Shown here: positions 46,770 to 56,175 of the stretch, one piece after another
Layout of the letters: each line of letters begins with the position of its first letter
Position numbering within the stretch: position 1 is the first letter of the stretch
Origin: Dehalococcoidia bacterium
GTDB taxonomy: Bacteria > Chloroflexota > Dehalococcoidia > Bin125
Direction of reading: 5' to 3'
DNA: 64,000 nt
Assembly (NCBI GenBank): GCA_963555985.3
Contig: OY820591.1
Span: forward strand, 704,001 to 768,000
Translations under genes and position numbers: made by a program
Notes under the pieces: model-generated
Databases searched by the model: none
What the model was told of the DNA's origin: nothing
What the model saw: only the letters and a program-made list of their open reading frames with translations

Positions 46770-47548
46770 AGTTCCACCTCCTGTTGCTCCTTCCGCTTGC
46801 GCCAGCGCTGCGCCCAGTCGGCGGCAATGGCATAGCCTAGTACCGAGATGATCGGGAAGACACTGGCGAACGCGATCAGTCCAAAGCCGTCGATCAGCGG
46901 GCTGCGCCCCGGTACGTTGGCGGCCAGTCCCAGCCCGAGGGCAGCCACTACCGGCACCGTCACGGTCGAGGTCGTGACGCCCCCGCTGTCGTAGGCCAGC
47001 GGGACGATCATGCGGCTGCTCAGGTACGTCTGCACGATGACGATCACGTAGGCCCCCAGGATGTACCACAGCAGCGACGTGCCCGTCACGATCCGGAAGC
47101 AGCCCAGCGCCACGCCCACGGCCACCCCCACCGCCACGGCGATCCGCAGGCCCCAGGCATTCACCGCGCCGCTGGAAACCTCCTCGGCCTTCAGGCCCAC
47201 CGCGATCAGCGACGGCTCGGCCACGGTTGTGGCGAAACCGATCGCCCCCGCGAAGAGATAGACCAGCCAGTAGTCCTCCCACCGCACCGCGCCCGCCAGC
47301 GCCCGCGCCTCCTCTGTCAGCTGGCGCGCCATCGTCTCCCCGATTGGGAACAGCGCCTGGTCCAGTCCGATCAGGAACAGCGCTAGTCCTAGCAAGACCA
47401 TCACCGACCCGGTGACGATGCCCCTGATGTTGGGGGGCTTGCGCCGCAGTACCGCCAACTGGAACACCACAAGGATGATGATGATCGGCGACACGTCTCG
47501 AAGCGTGTACATCAGGGTTTCCCCGAACAGCGCGAGCGACTCCAGCAT
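46766..47548 (-). CDS. DUF1538-family membrane protein
   Basis: GL.LF..GL...[48 protein letters not shown] and ATGA overlaps at its ends. Confidence 0.88.
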   Translation of the reverse strand: MLESLALFGETLMYTLRDVSPIIIILVVFQLAVLRRKPPNIRGIVTGSVMVLLGLALFLIGLDQALFPIGETMARQLTEEARALAGAVRWEDYWLVYLFAGAIGFATTVAEPSLIAVGLKAEEVSSGAVNAWGLRIAVAVGVAVGVALGCFRIVTGTSLLWYILGAYVIVIVQTYLSSRMIVPLAYDSGGVTTSTVTVPVVAALGLGLAANVPGRSPLIDGFGLIAFASVFPIISVLGYAIAADWAQRWRKRKEQQEVEL

Positions 47549-48282
47549 CAGGACACCATCCCATAGCCCAGCACGCAGATCATCGGCATGAGACTGGCGA
47601 ACGCGATCAGGCCGAAGCCGTCGAGCATCGGGTTGCGCCCGCGGATCGCGGAGGCCAGCCCCACGCCCAGCGCCGTGATCAACGGCACCGTGATCGTGCT
47701 GGTCGTCACCCCGCCCGAGTCGTAGGCCACGCCCACGATCTCCTCGGGCGCGAACACGGTTATCACCATGACCACGATGTAGCCGCCGATGATGAACCGG
47801 TGAATCGGCCAACCCTTGAGAATGCGCAACACTCCCAGGACGATCGCGAGGCCAACGGCGACCGCGACCACCACGCGCAACTCCAGCGCGTACCGGTCCT
47901 GGGCAGCCTGGCTGTAGCCGATGAATCTCGCCTCGGCCGCCACTTCAGCCGCCTCGGCCGCCACCGCGATCAGGGCCGGCTCCGCGACCGTCGTGCCGAA
48001 CCCGAGACTGAAGGCCAGCGCCAGCAACGCCGCCGTGCTTCCCTTCTGCGCCATCCCCTGCGCCAGCGCCTCGCCCAGCGGGAACAGCCCACTCTCCAGG
48101 CCCTGAATGAACAACGCCAGCCCCGCGACGACGCACACCAGCCCGACCACCACGTTGACCACATCGGGAAACGGTTCTCGCACCACCACTACTTGGAAGA
48201 AGACGATCACCGCGATGATCGGGAGCAAATCTCGAACGGCGCCCAGGACGCGCTTCGCCATGGTCAGCGCGAAACGCAGCAA
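47548..48282 (-). CDS. DUF1538-family membrane protein
   Basis: [56 protein letters not shown] start after RBS gaggag (ATG alternative 48261). Confidence 0.88.
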   Translation of the reverse strand: MLRFALTMAKRVLGAVRDLLPIIAVIVFFQVVVVREPFPDVVNVVVGLVCVVAGLALFIQGLESGLFPLGEALAQGMAQKGSTAALLALAFSLGFGTTVAEPALIAVAAEAAEVAAEARFIGYSQAAQDRYALELRVVVAVAVGLAIVLGVLRILKGWPIHRFIIGGYIVVMVITVFAPEEIVGVAYDSGGVTTSTITVPLITALGVGLASAIRGRNPMLDGFGLIAFASLMPMICVLGYGMVS

Positions 48283-48441
48283 ATCATACTCCTCGCGCGC
48301 GGCTGCACGATACGCAGCGGCTGCGAACGGGTCAAGCGCCAATCGACGCCGCGAGCCGACCGGCATCTCCATCTGCAGCGCGGAGGGAGAACAGAGCGTC
48401 GTTCGGTACCCTGCTTGAATGAGTTCGATGGGATGGGATGC

Positions 48442-49260
48442 GTGAAGGCGCGAGCACAATCGGTACGCGCCTACGTCACCGCGCCGCTGCGACTGATCTG
48501 GCGGCTGATCCGGCGTGTGGCTCCGCTCGCGCCCGACGAGGCCCTGCATCGGATGGTCTGGGCCTTCCTGAGCCTCACCCTGACCGCAGGGTTAGGTGTC
48601 GTTGGCTACGTCGTGATCGACGATTTCTCGCCGTTTGATGCGCTCTACCAAACGTTGCTGACTCTGACCACGGTCGGCTTCCAAGAGCTCTACCCGCTCA
48701 GCCGGGGAGCGCGGATCTTCACGGTCTTCCTGATGGTGTTTGGGGTCGGTATCGCGCTCTATCTGCTCGCCGCAATCGCTACGCTGCTGCTGGAGGGCGA
48801 TCTCTACCGTGATGTGGAGGAACGGAGAAAACGTCGCATGATCGAGCGCATGACCGGACACACGGTCTTCGTTGGGGCCGGGCGAATGGGCAGCCGTCTG
48901 GCTGATGTCGCAGAGCAGGCCGGCGATTCGTTCGTCATCATCGAACACGACGCCGACGCTGCTCAGGCCGCCCGCGACCGCGGTTGGACCGTCTTTCAGG
49001 GCGATGCCGAGCAGGTGCCGGTGCTGAGCGCGGCTGGAGTGGAACGCGCAGGCGCCATCTTCGTGGTGACCGGAGAAGACTCGACCAACGCGATGGTCAC
49101 GCTCCGCGTGAGAGAAATCGCGCCGGAGCTGCACGCGACGGTGCGCTGCAACCAGCCGGGCGTCGAACAGGCCATGCGCACCGCCGGCGCAAACGACGTG
49201 CTTTCGCCGATTGAGATGGTCGTCGAGCGGGTGGCCGCGGCACGAGCAAACCGGAGCTAA
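48442..49260 (+). CDS. 2-TM potassium channel with TrkA-N/RCK_N domain
   Basis: [17 protein letters not shown] pore region, GAGRMG Rossmann motif, GDA....[15 protein letters not shown]. Start uncertain (48442 or 48553). Confidence 0.85.
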   Translation: MKARAQSVRAYVTAPLRLIWRLIRRVAPLAPDEALHRMVWAFLSLTLTAGLGVVGYVVIDDFSPFDALYQTLLTLTTVGFQELYPLSRGARIFTVFLMVFGVGIALYLLAAIATLLLEGDLYRDVEERRKRRMIERMTGHTVFVGAGRMGSRLADVAEQAGDSFVIIEHDADAAQAARDRGWTVFQGDAEQVPVLSAAGVERAGAIFVVTGEDSTNAMVTLRVREIAPELHATVRCNQPGVEQAMRTAGANDVLSPIEMVVERVAAARANRS

Positions 49261-49266
49261 TCGCCG

Positions 49267-49776
49267 CTAGTGCAGCTCGCGCCAGACGGCCCAGCGCTTC
49301 GCGAACATCCTCAACCCGGCCCGGTAAGCGAAGCCCTGCACGAGCACGTTGCCGAAGAACACCCCAGCGAAGTATCCGCCGAGTACGAGCACGATGATCG
49401 CAAACACCTTGGTCCAGCCGGGCAGCAACAGAATCATCAGGATCGACAGTCCGGTCGCGAGCAGGATGCCCGTCCACGCCGCCAGGTGTACGTAGAGTCC
49501 TTCGCGCTTGCGCTTGGCCACATAAATCTGCGCGAGCTCGCGGTCGATCTTGTCGACGGCGGGCGTGTGTTCGGTAGTTTCGCTGCAAACACCGCAGGAC
49601 TCTTCCTGTCCCAGCGGAGCCGAACAATATCCGCAAAAGCGCCCGAGGTTCGGTGCACGGCCGGCTCGAATCTCCGCGATCAGTTCGTCCAGCTCCGACG
49701 AGAACGGCACCTCGTGCGTCGGCACGAACTGACCGTTGTCGAAGGTGGGTTCCGGGACCGTCGCGGCGCGGGCCAT
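49267..49776 (-). CDS. Zinc-ribbon membrane protein (hypothetical)
   Basis: FCGYC...CGVC followed by two TM helices. Confidence 0.7.
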   Translation of the reverse strand: MARAATVPEPTFDNGQFVPTHEVPFSSELDELIAEIRAGRAPNLGRFCGYCSAPLGQEESCGVCSETTEHTPAVDKIDRELAQIYVAKRKREGLYVHLAAWTGILLATGLSILMILLLPGWTKVFAIIVLVLGGYFAGVFFGNVLVQGFAYRAGLRMFAKRWAVWRELH

Positions 49777-49780
49777 CAAG

Positions 49781-50278
49781 CTACTCCGGCCAGTCGGCCG
49801 GACGCCGGCCGGGCAACCATGAGTAGAGCTGAATCAGCACACCGCCGGTGTCGCGCGGATGAATGAAGAACTGGCTCCACTCGAAATCGCTGAATGGCTC
49901 CGAGATCGGCTCGATCTCCAGTTCTTCGCGCACGTACCGATACGCCTGCTCCGCGTCTTCGACCTCGATCGTGATGTGGTGCATTCCGGGCCCGCGCGTA
50001 TCCAGGAAGCGCTTCATAAACGAGGATTCATCCCAGGGGCCGATGATCTCAAGTCCCATCTGCCGCTTCGGGAAATGAAACTGAGCGACCCGAAATCCCT
50101 CGTCCTGGCTCAACGTCCAGTGGTCGAGCTCCAGTCCAAACAGCTTCTGCCAAAACGTCGCCGCCCGCCCCGGATCCTCCGCAGCAATGGCGACGTGATC
50201 AAACCGCACCCAGCCGATCCCACCCTTGCCGCGCCGGCTGGGAGTCCCCTCGTGACCGCTGGGTGATGCACTCGCCAT
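49781..50278 (-). CDS. VOC/glyoxalase family protein, methylmalonyl-CoA epimerase-like
   Basis: FDHVAIA, LEI..P, FLDTRGPGMHHITIEV, FIHPRDTGGVLIQL. RBS ggaggt before the ATG at 50278. Confidence 0.85.
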   Translation of the reverse strand: MASASPSGHEGTPSRRGKGGIGWVRFDHVAIAAEDPGRAATFWQKLFGLELDHWTLSQDEGFRVAQFHFPKRQMGLEIIGPWDESSFMKRFLDTRGPGMHHITIEVEDAEQAYRYVREELEIEPISEPFSDFEWSQFFIHPRDTGGVLIQLYSWLPGRRPADWPE

Positions 50279-50355
50279 ACCAACCTCCCAAGCGAATGGT
50301 AGCTGTCGCTCGGCGGCGAGCGTAATCGCGGGACGAGGCAGCGTATCCTGCACTC

Positions 50356-51345
50356 ATGTCACAGCCACTTGAGATTCGTCCTGGCTCGGTCGTATTCGTG
50401 ATCAATCCCCGCGCCGGGGGAGGTGGGCAGGTGCGTACGATCGCGGAAGCGTGTCGGTGGGCGTCGCGGCGCGCGGGTCTCGATGGCGTGATCGCGCCTA
50501 CGCAGTCGCCTGAGCACGCGGCGCAAGTGGCGGCGGCCGCTCACTCAGCCGGCGCCGCTGCGATCTTCGGCTGCGGCGGAGACGGCACGCTCGCAGCCAT
50601 CCTCCAGGGACTGCCCGCAGGATCGCCGACAGCGCTCGGAGCGATGCCGCTGGGGACGGCGAACGTCTGGGTCGACGAGACCAGAATCCCGCGTCAGCCC
50701 GTCCGCGCGCTTGAGGCCCAGTTAGACGTCCTCAACGGTATGCGCGGCGCAACGCTGTGGGCTGATACCGGGCGCATTCATACGCCCGATCACAGTCGCC
50801 GCTTCCTGCTCATGGCGGGCTTTGGTCTCGACGCCGCAGCCGTCGCCGGAATCGTTGCCAGCAGGCGCCGCCAGCGCCTGAAACGGCTCATCGGCGAGCC
50901 GATCTACTTCTTCTCGGCTGTGAGCGAAGCGATCGGCCAATCCGGTTGGCGCGTGCGCATGAGTATTGACGGCGGCCCGCCCCAAGACGCCGAAATCGGG
51001 ATGCTTACGGTCGGCAACACCCGTCAGATCGGTACTTGGCTCGAAATCAATCCCCGCGCCGTCGCAACGGATGGAATGCTCGACGTGATCCTCGTGGACG
51101 CCCCGCCCTGGCGGGCGCTCGCACTTGCCCCCCTCGCGCGAAACGGCCTGATGGTCGAGAGCCCCGGCGTGCGCCACCTGCGCCTCCGCAAGCTGGAGTT
51201 GTGGCCGCTCGGCACGCCCCCGCCTTGCCAGGTCGACGGCGATCCGGGTCCAACTGGCGTTCATACCATCGAGATCGAACCCTACTCGTTGAGAATCCTC
51301 TCCCCCAATCCCGATGCCCCAGTCCTCGCAGGCGACTTGGCATAA
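50356..51345 (+). CDS. Diacylglycerol/lipid kinase family (YegS/BmrU-like)
   Basis: INPRAG, GGDGTL, PLGTANV, F.LMAG.G.DA, DGMLDV, QVDGD. Confidence 0.9.
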   Translation: MSQPLEIRPGSVVFVINPRAGGGGQVRTIAEACRWASRRAGLDGVIAPTQSPEHAAQVAAAAHSAGAAAIFGCGGDGTLAAILQGLPAGSPTALGAMPLGTANVWVDETRIPRQPVRALEAQLDVLNGMRGATLWADTGRIHTPDHSRRFLLMAGFGLDAAAVAGIVASRRRQRLKRLIGEPIYFFSAVSEAIGQSGWRVRMSIDGGPPQDAEIGMLTVGNTRQIGTWLEINPRAVATDGMLDVILVDAPPWRALALAPLARNGLMVESPGVRHLRLRKLELWPLGTPPPCQVDGDPGPTGVHTIEIEPYSLRILSPNPDAPVLAGDLA

Positions 51346-51474
51346 CCGCGTCGGTCTCAAAGCTCCTCTGCACAGTCCCGATTCCCCCACGAACACCGAT
51401 GCGTAACCAGAGCTCGCTCCTCTTCCCCTTACATCTTCGGGACATCTGACCGCTGTGTCGCGGCGGGACGAGGA

Positions 51475-52245
51475 TCAGCCTTCCCGCAGCCGCCGCAGTT
51501 CCTCCTCCAATTCCCGCACCCGCGCTTCCGCCGCCAACCGCCCCTCCTCTGCCGCCAACCGCCCCTCCTCGGCTACCAACCGCCCCTCCTCGGCTACCAA
51601 CCGCCCCTCCCGCTCAGCCAAGCGGCCTTCCCGCTCCGCGTCGAAGGTAGGGATGTGCTCACCCGTCGCCGGGTCGTACCAACCGAGCGCGCCCTGCTTC
51701 CAGCGCAGCCAGAGACCCAAGGCCTCGCTCTCGCCTTGCAAGACGCCCGCTGACAACTCCACGATCGGGATCGGCTCGTAGCGCTCGCCGACCAGGCGGT
51801 CGCCGGCCAAACGCGCGCCGTGCCACTCGCCGCTGTGGTCGAAGCGCCAGTACTCGCGCACGCCCAGGGCGGCGTAGTCGCGCCGCTTGTCGACCGTGTC
51901 GATCTTCGCCGTGCTGGGCGAAGCGACCTCGAGGATGAAGTCGGGCGGCTTGCCCTGGTCGGCGATCACGTAGCCGTTCTGCGCGTAGTACAGCTCGGGA
52001 TCGACATCGAAGGCGATCAGCAGGTCGGGCACCCGCCGCCGCGAGCCGCGAGCGGCGACGAGGTAGCGCTCCGCGCTGACGAGCGTCGTCTCGGGCTGGG
52101 CGAAATGCTGCGCCAGGAAATGCGGGTTGCCGGTCAGATGGACGTAGTCGTAAGAAGTCACTTCGTCGGGATTCCGCTCCGGCGGTTCCGGCAGGCGGAA
52201 GCGGACCAAGGTTTGGGCGGTGGATGAGGCATCGGCAGTGGACAT
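51475..52245 (-). CDS. Uma2 (DUF820) PD-(D/E)xK nuclease-family protein with a heptad-repeat tail
   Basis: PDLLIAFDV, GKPPDFILEVASPST..D...K...YA.LGV.EYWRFD, and EGRLAAE repeats. Confidence 0.9.
   Translation of the reverse strand: MSTADASSTAQTLVRFRLPEPPERNPDEVTSYDYVHLTGNPHFLAQHFAQPETTLVSAERYLVAARGSRRRVPDLLIAFDVDPELYYAQNGYVIADQGKPPDFILEVASPSTAKIDTVDKRRDYAALGVREYWRFDHSGEWHGARLAGDRLVGERYEPIPIVELSAGVLQGESEALGLWLRWKQGALGWYDPATGEHIPTFDAEREGRLAEREGRLVAEEGRLVAEEGRLAAEEGRLAAEARVRELEEELRRLREG
51531..51635 (-). repeat. Five 21-bp coding tandem repeats (EGRL[AV]AE)
   Basis: ccaaccgcccctcctc units at 21-bp period. Confidence 0.85.
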
Positions 52246-52307
52246 GTCGCTCCGGTCAATGGCTACAGCCTAGCGACCACGCAACTGAGCAGAGATACAG
52301 GGCGCGC

Positions 52308-53660
52308 TCATGGTATGTCCGCATCAAAGTCCATCCCAATCTGACCCCGCTCCCGGAACTCCGCGATCTCCGACTCCGAATAGCCCAGCACCTCCCCATA
52401 CACGTACTCGTTGTCTTCACCCATCGCCACCGGAGCCTTCCGCATCTCCGTCGGCGTCGACTCAAACCGGAAGAACGGGGCATTGAACCGAAACGGGCCG
52501 ATCCCGTCATGCAGCGTCATCGACTGGTTCAGCCCCCGTGCCTGCACGTGCGGATCATCCAGCACTCGCGACGCCTCCAGCACCGGCGCCGCCGGTACGT
52601 CGTGCCCCTGGAGCAGATGCATCAGCGCATAGTCGTCTTGCCCCACCGTCCACTCCGCGATCCGCGCATCCAGCTCAGCCTCCCGCGAGCGCCGCCCAGC
52701 CTCAGTCTCCAGTTCCGCATCCTGCGCCCACTCCGGCTCCCCCATTGCCGCCCGCAGACCGCGCCACTGCGCGTTATCCAGCACCGAGATCGCAATCCAG
52801 CGATCGCCTCCATTCGTGCTGTCGCCACCAGTCTCCGAGCGTGCGGGATAGACTCCATGCGGCGCGTAACCTTCGATCGAGCGATTCCCCATCCGCTCCT
52901 GCACCACTCCGTTGAGCGAGTAGTCCATGAACGCCTGCGCCAGCATCCCTCCGGCGCATTCCGCCTGCGCCAACTCGATCCACTGCCCCTCGCCTGTCCG
53001 TCGGCGATGCCGCAGCGCCGCCATCACCGCAAACGCCGCGTGCGCTCCCGCCACATAATCGCCCGAAAAGATCGACGTGATGTACGACGGATCCAGATCC
53101 GGATAGCCGCGCAGCAAGGTATGCCCCATCACCGACTCCAGGTGCACCCCCAGCGCTCGCGCCTCCCGGTAGGGCCCGTCTGACCCGTAGGCCGGCATCC
53201 GCACTGCGATCAGGTCTGACCGCGACGCCCTCAGAAACTCCGGCCCGATCCCCAGCTTCTCCAGCGTCCCCGCCGCATTGTTCTCCACCAGCGCATCCGA
53301 ACGCGAGACCAGCCGCGCAAAGATCTCCCGCCCCTCCTCAGTCAGCAGGTCCACCGTCATCGAGTGCTTGTTCCGATACTGCTGCACGAAGGTGGGGCAA
53401 TAGTTCCAGGGCCGCGGACCCGGCTCCGAGTTCGGGTAGCCCGTCGCCCAACCCGCCCCTGCCTGGATCGCCGCAGCCGACGGCCGCGCCTGCCCGCCCC
53501 GAGTCATCGGCTGCCAGACGTGAATGTTCTCAACCTTAATCACCTCAGCGCCCAAGTCCGCCAGCAACGTCGTCGCAAACGTCCCCGCCCAGACCACGCA
53601 AAGGTCGATCACCCGAAACCCGTCAAGCGGCGCTGTCATGGCAGGATGTTCGTCGTTCAT
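52308..53660 (-). CDS. CaiB/BaiF family III CoA-transferase
   Basis: PLDGFRVIDL..VWAG, LADLGAEVIKVE, RNKHS, catalytic D in GDYVAG, GNRS..YAPHGVYP. Start may be 53639. Confidence 0.92.
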   Translation of the reverse strand: MNDEHPAMTAPLDGFRVIDLCVVWAGTFATTLLADLGAEVIKVENIHVWQPMTRGGQARPSAAAIQAGAGWATGYPNSEPGPRPWNYCPTFVQQYRNKHSMTVDLLTEEGREIFARLVSRSDALVENNAAGTLEKLGIGPEFLRASRSDLIAVRMPAYGSDGPYREARALGVHLESVMGHTLLRGYPDLDPSYITSIFSGDYVAGAHAAFAVMAALRHRRRTGEGQWIELAQAECAGGMLAQAFMDYSLNGVVQERMGNRSIEGYAPHGVYPARSETGGDSTNGGDRWIAISVLDNAQWRGLRAAMGEPEWAQDAELETEAGRRSREAELDARIAEWTVGQDDYALMHLLQGHDVPAAPVLEASRVLDDPHVQARGLNQSMTLHDGIGPFRFNAPFFRFESTPTEMRKAPVAMGEDNEYVYGEVLGYSESEIAEFRERGQIGMDFDADIP

Positions 53661-53710
53661 CTGCTCAATCCCCTCTGCCCAATGAAGACTTGCTCGCCAG
53701 TCCAGAATTC

Positions 53711-53767
53711 CGTCATACCCGCGCTTGCCGCCGAGCCTGTCCCCGCGAAGGCGGGGATCACTCGCCG
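53711..53767 (+). repeat. REP family A with a nested gagcctgtccccgcgaaggcgggg hairpin
   Basis: cgtcatacccgcgcttgccgccgagcctgtccccgcgaaggcggggatcactcgccg, nearly identical to 55205-55262. Confidence 0.8.
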
Positions 53768-53852
53768 AGTCGAACGCGGACTTCGAGACCGAAGCCCGGC
53801 AACTCTTCGATCAATCTCGATCGCCGCCGTCTCAGTCTGAGGCCGCCAGCGG

Positions 53853-55067
53853 CTAGCACACCACACCTCGCTGCTTCAGCTCCCCAATCTCCGACTCCCC
53901 AAACCCGCACTCCGACAACACTGCCTCCGTATCCTCCCCCAGCTTCGGCGCCGCGCGCCGCAGACGCCACGGCGACGCCGGCATCACAAACGGACGCCCC
54001 GGAATCTGCACCGACCCCAACTCCTCATGCTCCGACGTCGACCAGAATCCCCGATCGCTGAAATGGCCGTCCTCAAACAGCTCGTCCACGCTGAACAGCG
54101 GTCCGCAGAGCACCTTCGCTTCCCGCGCCTCTGCCCAGATCTCCCGTTTCGTCCGCTCCAATGCCCAGGGCAGGAAGTTCGCGTGGAACTCGTCCACCAA
54201 CTCCGCTTGCAAGCCCACCATCGGTCGCCACCACTTCACATCTTGCAACCACTCAGGCCGCCCCAGCATCTCGTTCAAACGCGGAATCCGAATCCCCGCC
54301 CCCGAAAACTCCACGTACCCGTCCGCGCAGGGATAGACCCCCGCCAGAATCCCCGCGCTCGGCCCAGGCGCGCGCAGCGACCTACGCCCCGCGAACTCCC
54401 AGCCCATCGTCGCCGCGTGCCGCCGATCTACCCCGTTGAACTGGGCATCGGCGAGGGCGAAGTCGACTCGCTGGCCTACGCCCTGCAACTCGGCGGCGAT
54501 CAGCGCCCCGATCGCGGCTGCGGCTGCGGTCGAACCGCACTCCACCAGCGCCGCCGTGCCGTACATCTTCACCGGCTCGCGATCCTGCACCCCAATTGAG
54601 TACATCTCCCCCGCAAAGCCGTAGAGCACGAGGTCGGAGACCTTGAAGTCTCGGTAGGGCGACTCCTGTCCGAAGGGGGCAATCGAGACCAGGGGCAAGT
54701 CGTCGCGCCGCGATTGGATGCGCTCCCAACCGAGCCCCAGCGAGTCCAATCGCCCAGGCGGCAACGCCTCAATCACAATCGAAGCCCGCTCCAGCAGACG
54801 ATCAAAGACCACAGCCGCGCCCTCATGCTCCAGGTCGAGCGCCAGCGAGCGCTTGTTCGTGTTGAAGTAGAAGAACGTCCCCGATCGCTCCAAACCCTCC
54901 ACACCCCCATACCAGGGCCCCACCCGCCGCAGCGAGTCCCCATCCGGCGGCTCAACCTTGATCACCTCAGCCCCAAAGTCAGCAAACAGCTTCGTGCAAT
55001 AAGCCCCAGCAACCCCCTCAGTGAGGTCAAGCACAACAGCCCCGTCAAGCGGTCCAAGCTCGGTCAT
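53853..55067 (-). CDS. CaiB/BaiF family III CoA-transferase (partner subunit)
   Basis: GPLDGAVVLDL, FADFGAEVIKVEPPDGD, NTNKRSLALDL, APKLGEDT. The usual catalytic Asp is not evident (ALVECG). Confidence 0.9.
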   Translation of the reverse strand: MTELGPLDGAVVLDLTEGVAGAYCTKLFADFGAEVIKVEPPDGDSLRRVGPWYGGVEGLERSGTFFYFNTNKRSLALDLEHEGAAVVFDRLLERASIVIEALPPGRLDSLGLGWERIQSRRDDLPLVSIAPFGQESPYRDFKVSDLVLYGFAGEMYSIGVQDREPVKMYGTAALVECGSTAAAAAIGALIAAELQGVGQRVDFALADAQFNGVDRRHAATMGWEFAGRRSLRAPGPSAGILAGVYPCADGYVEFSGAGIRIPRLNEMLGRPEWLQDVKWWRPMVGLQAELVDEFHANFLPWALERTKREIWAEAREAKVLCGPLFSVDELFEDGHFSDRGFWSTSEHEELGSVQIPGRPFVMPASPWRLRRAAPKLGEDTEAVLSECGFGESEIGELKQRGVVC

Positions 55068-55470
55068 GGTCAGCCAGTCTAAGGCGAAGCGCGCCTTCCT
55101 CTCCTCCACACCACAAAGAGAGCCACCCCTCCTCTCCAAACCTCCTCCCCCCTCTCCCCAGATCCCCCTTCCCACCTCCGGTCATACCCGCCCCAAACAA
55201 GTTCCGTCATACCCGCGCCCCGTCGCGGAGCCTGTCCCCGCGCAGGCGGGGATCACTCGCCGTGACCAGCACCCAACCCCCAAACCCCTTCCTCCCTCTC
55301 CCCCTTGAGGGGGAGATGTCACGAAGTGACAGAGGGGGTGAAAACGCCACAACCCTCAAGAACCCACATGCGCCTTCCGACAACCACGACACACTCCCAA
55401 ACTACCCACCCGAACACCCATCCATATAAGATCAAGTGTCCTTCATTGAGCGAGAGAGGAACCCGGACCC

Positions 55471-55842
55471 ATGCCCTTCAACTACAGCTACCAGTCCGCC
55501 ATGGCCGGCGTCGGCGAGCTCGCCTTCTCCAAGCGCGAACCCGGCTACGTCCGCGCCCAAGCCTTCGCCATCCTGCGCCGCGAACTCTCCCCGGCCAACC
55601 CCAAGAGCCGCGAGATCCACCACGCGCTCGGCATCGCACCCCACCCCGAACCCGCGCCCCGGCCCAACCATTCCCCCCACCTGCCCGAAGCGCCGCTCAG
55701 TCCTGAGCAGCGGAAGGACTTCCACCTCAACCCGGACGAGTTCTTCGAGGCCTACGAAAAGATCGACGCCATCATGCGCGGCGAAGACGTCCCCCTGAGC
55801 GAGGAGGAAGAAAGCACGGAAGAAGAGGATGAACCACAGTAA
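55471..55842 (+). CDS. Hypothetical 123 aa protein, possible terminase small-subunit-derived; paralog of 20352..20708
   Basis: High similarity to copy 1, RBS gagaggaa, and overlap with the start of a terminase-like ORF. Confidence 0.7.
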   Translation: MPFNYSYQSAMAGVGELAFSKREPGYVRAQAFAILRRELSPANPKSREIHHALGIAPHPEPAPRPNHSPHLPEAPLSPEQRKDFHLNPDEFFEAYEKIDAIMRGEDVPLSEEEESTEEEDEPQ

Positions 55843-56092
55843 TACCCACGCCCCGGAGCGGCTGAACTTAGCGTTCAGCTCCTCCCACGACGCCCGCCGT
55901 TTTTTTCCCACGGACAGACAGCGCGATCTCTATAGCGCAGTCGCTGCCGTGCCCAATCCCGGCCTCGCCTTGGTCGGGTACGGCGGCGCCATGGGCGGCG
56001 GCAAGACCCGCGCCCTGGCCGAACTCGCCCAAGCCCGTGCTCACCTCCCTCACAGTCCCCCTCCCCCCTCTGCGGGGGGAGATGTCACGTAG
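55829..56092 (+). pseudogene. Truncated phage terminase large subunit N-terminus
   Basis: PTDRQ adenine-binding-like motif followed by hydrophobic strand and YGGAMGGGKT Walker A. Runs into a REP about 10 codons later. Confidence 0.6.
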
Positions 56093-56175
56093 AGTCTGCC
56101 CCCGCGAAGGCGGGGGGACAGAGGGGAGCGCAACCGGCACAAACGCTCCAACCAGCACAGCCACCCCACAACACT

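Larger units (their letters stand above)
55175..56130 (+). mobile_element. Composite REP-array/small-ORF/terminase-stub cassette, copy 2
   Basis: REP A (55205-55262), REP B (55297-55340), conserved leader, ORF 55471..55842, terminase stub, and REP B with nested hairpin (56062-56127). Homologous to 20300..21130. Confidence 0.6.

Noticed and set aside
46419-47564. 381 aa ORF as one gene, and the N-terminal extensions of track ORFs 47800, 8002, 12860, 21882 and 60104
   Set aside because: The extensions overlap real genes in other frames; RBS positions and coupled start/stop overlaps define shorter genes.
55471-56092. Prophage
   Set aside because: Only a terminase stub is present; there is no portal, capsid, tail or integrase, and the flanks are housekeeping or metabolic genes.
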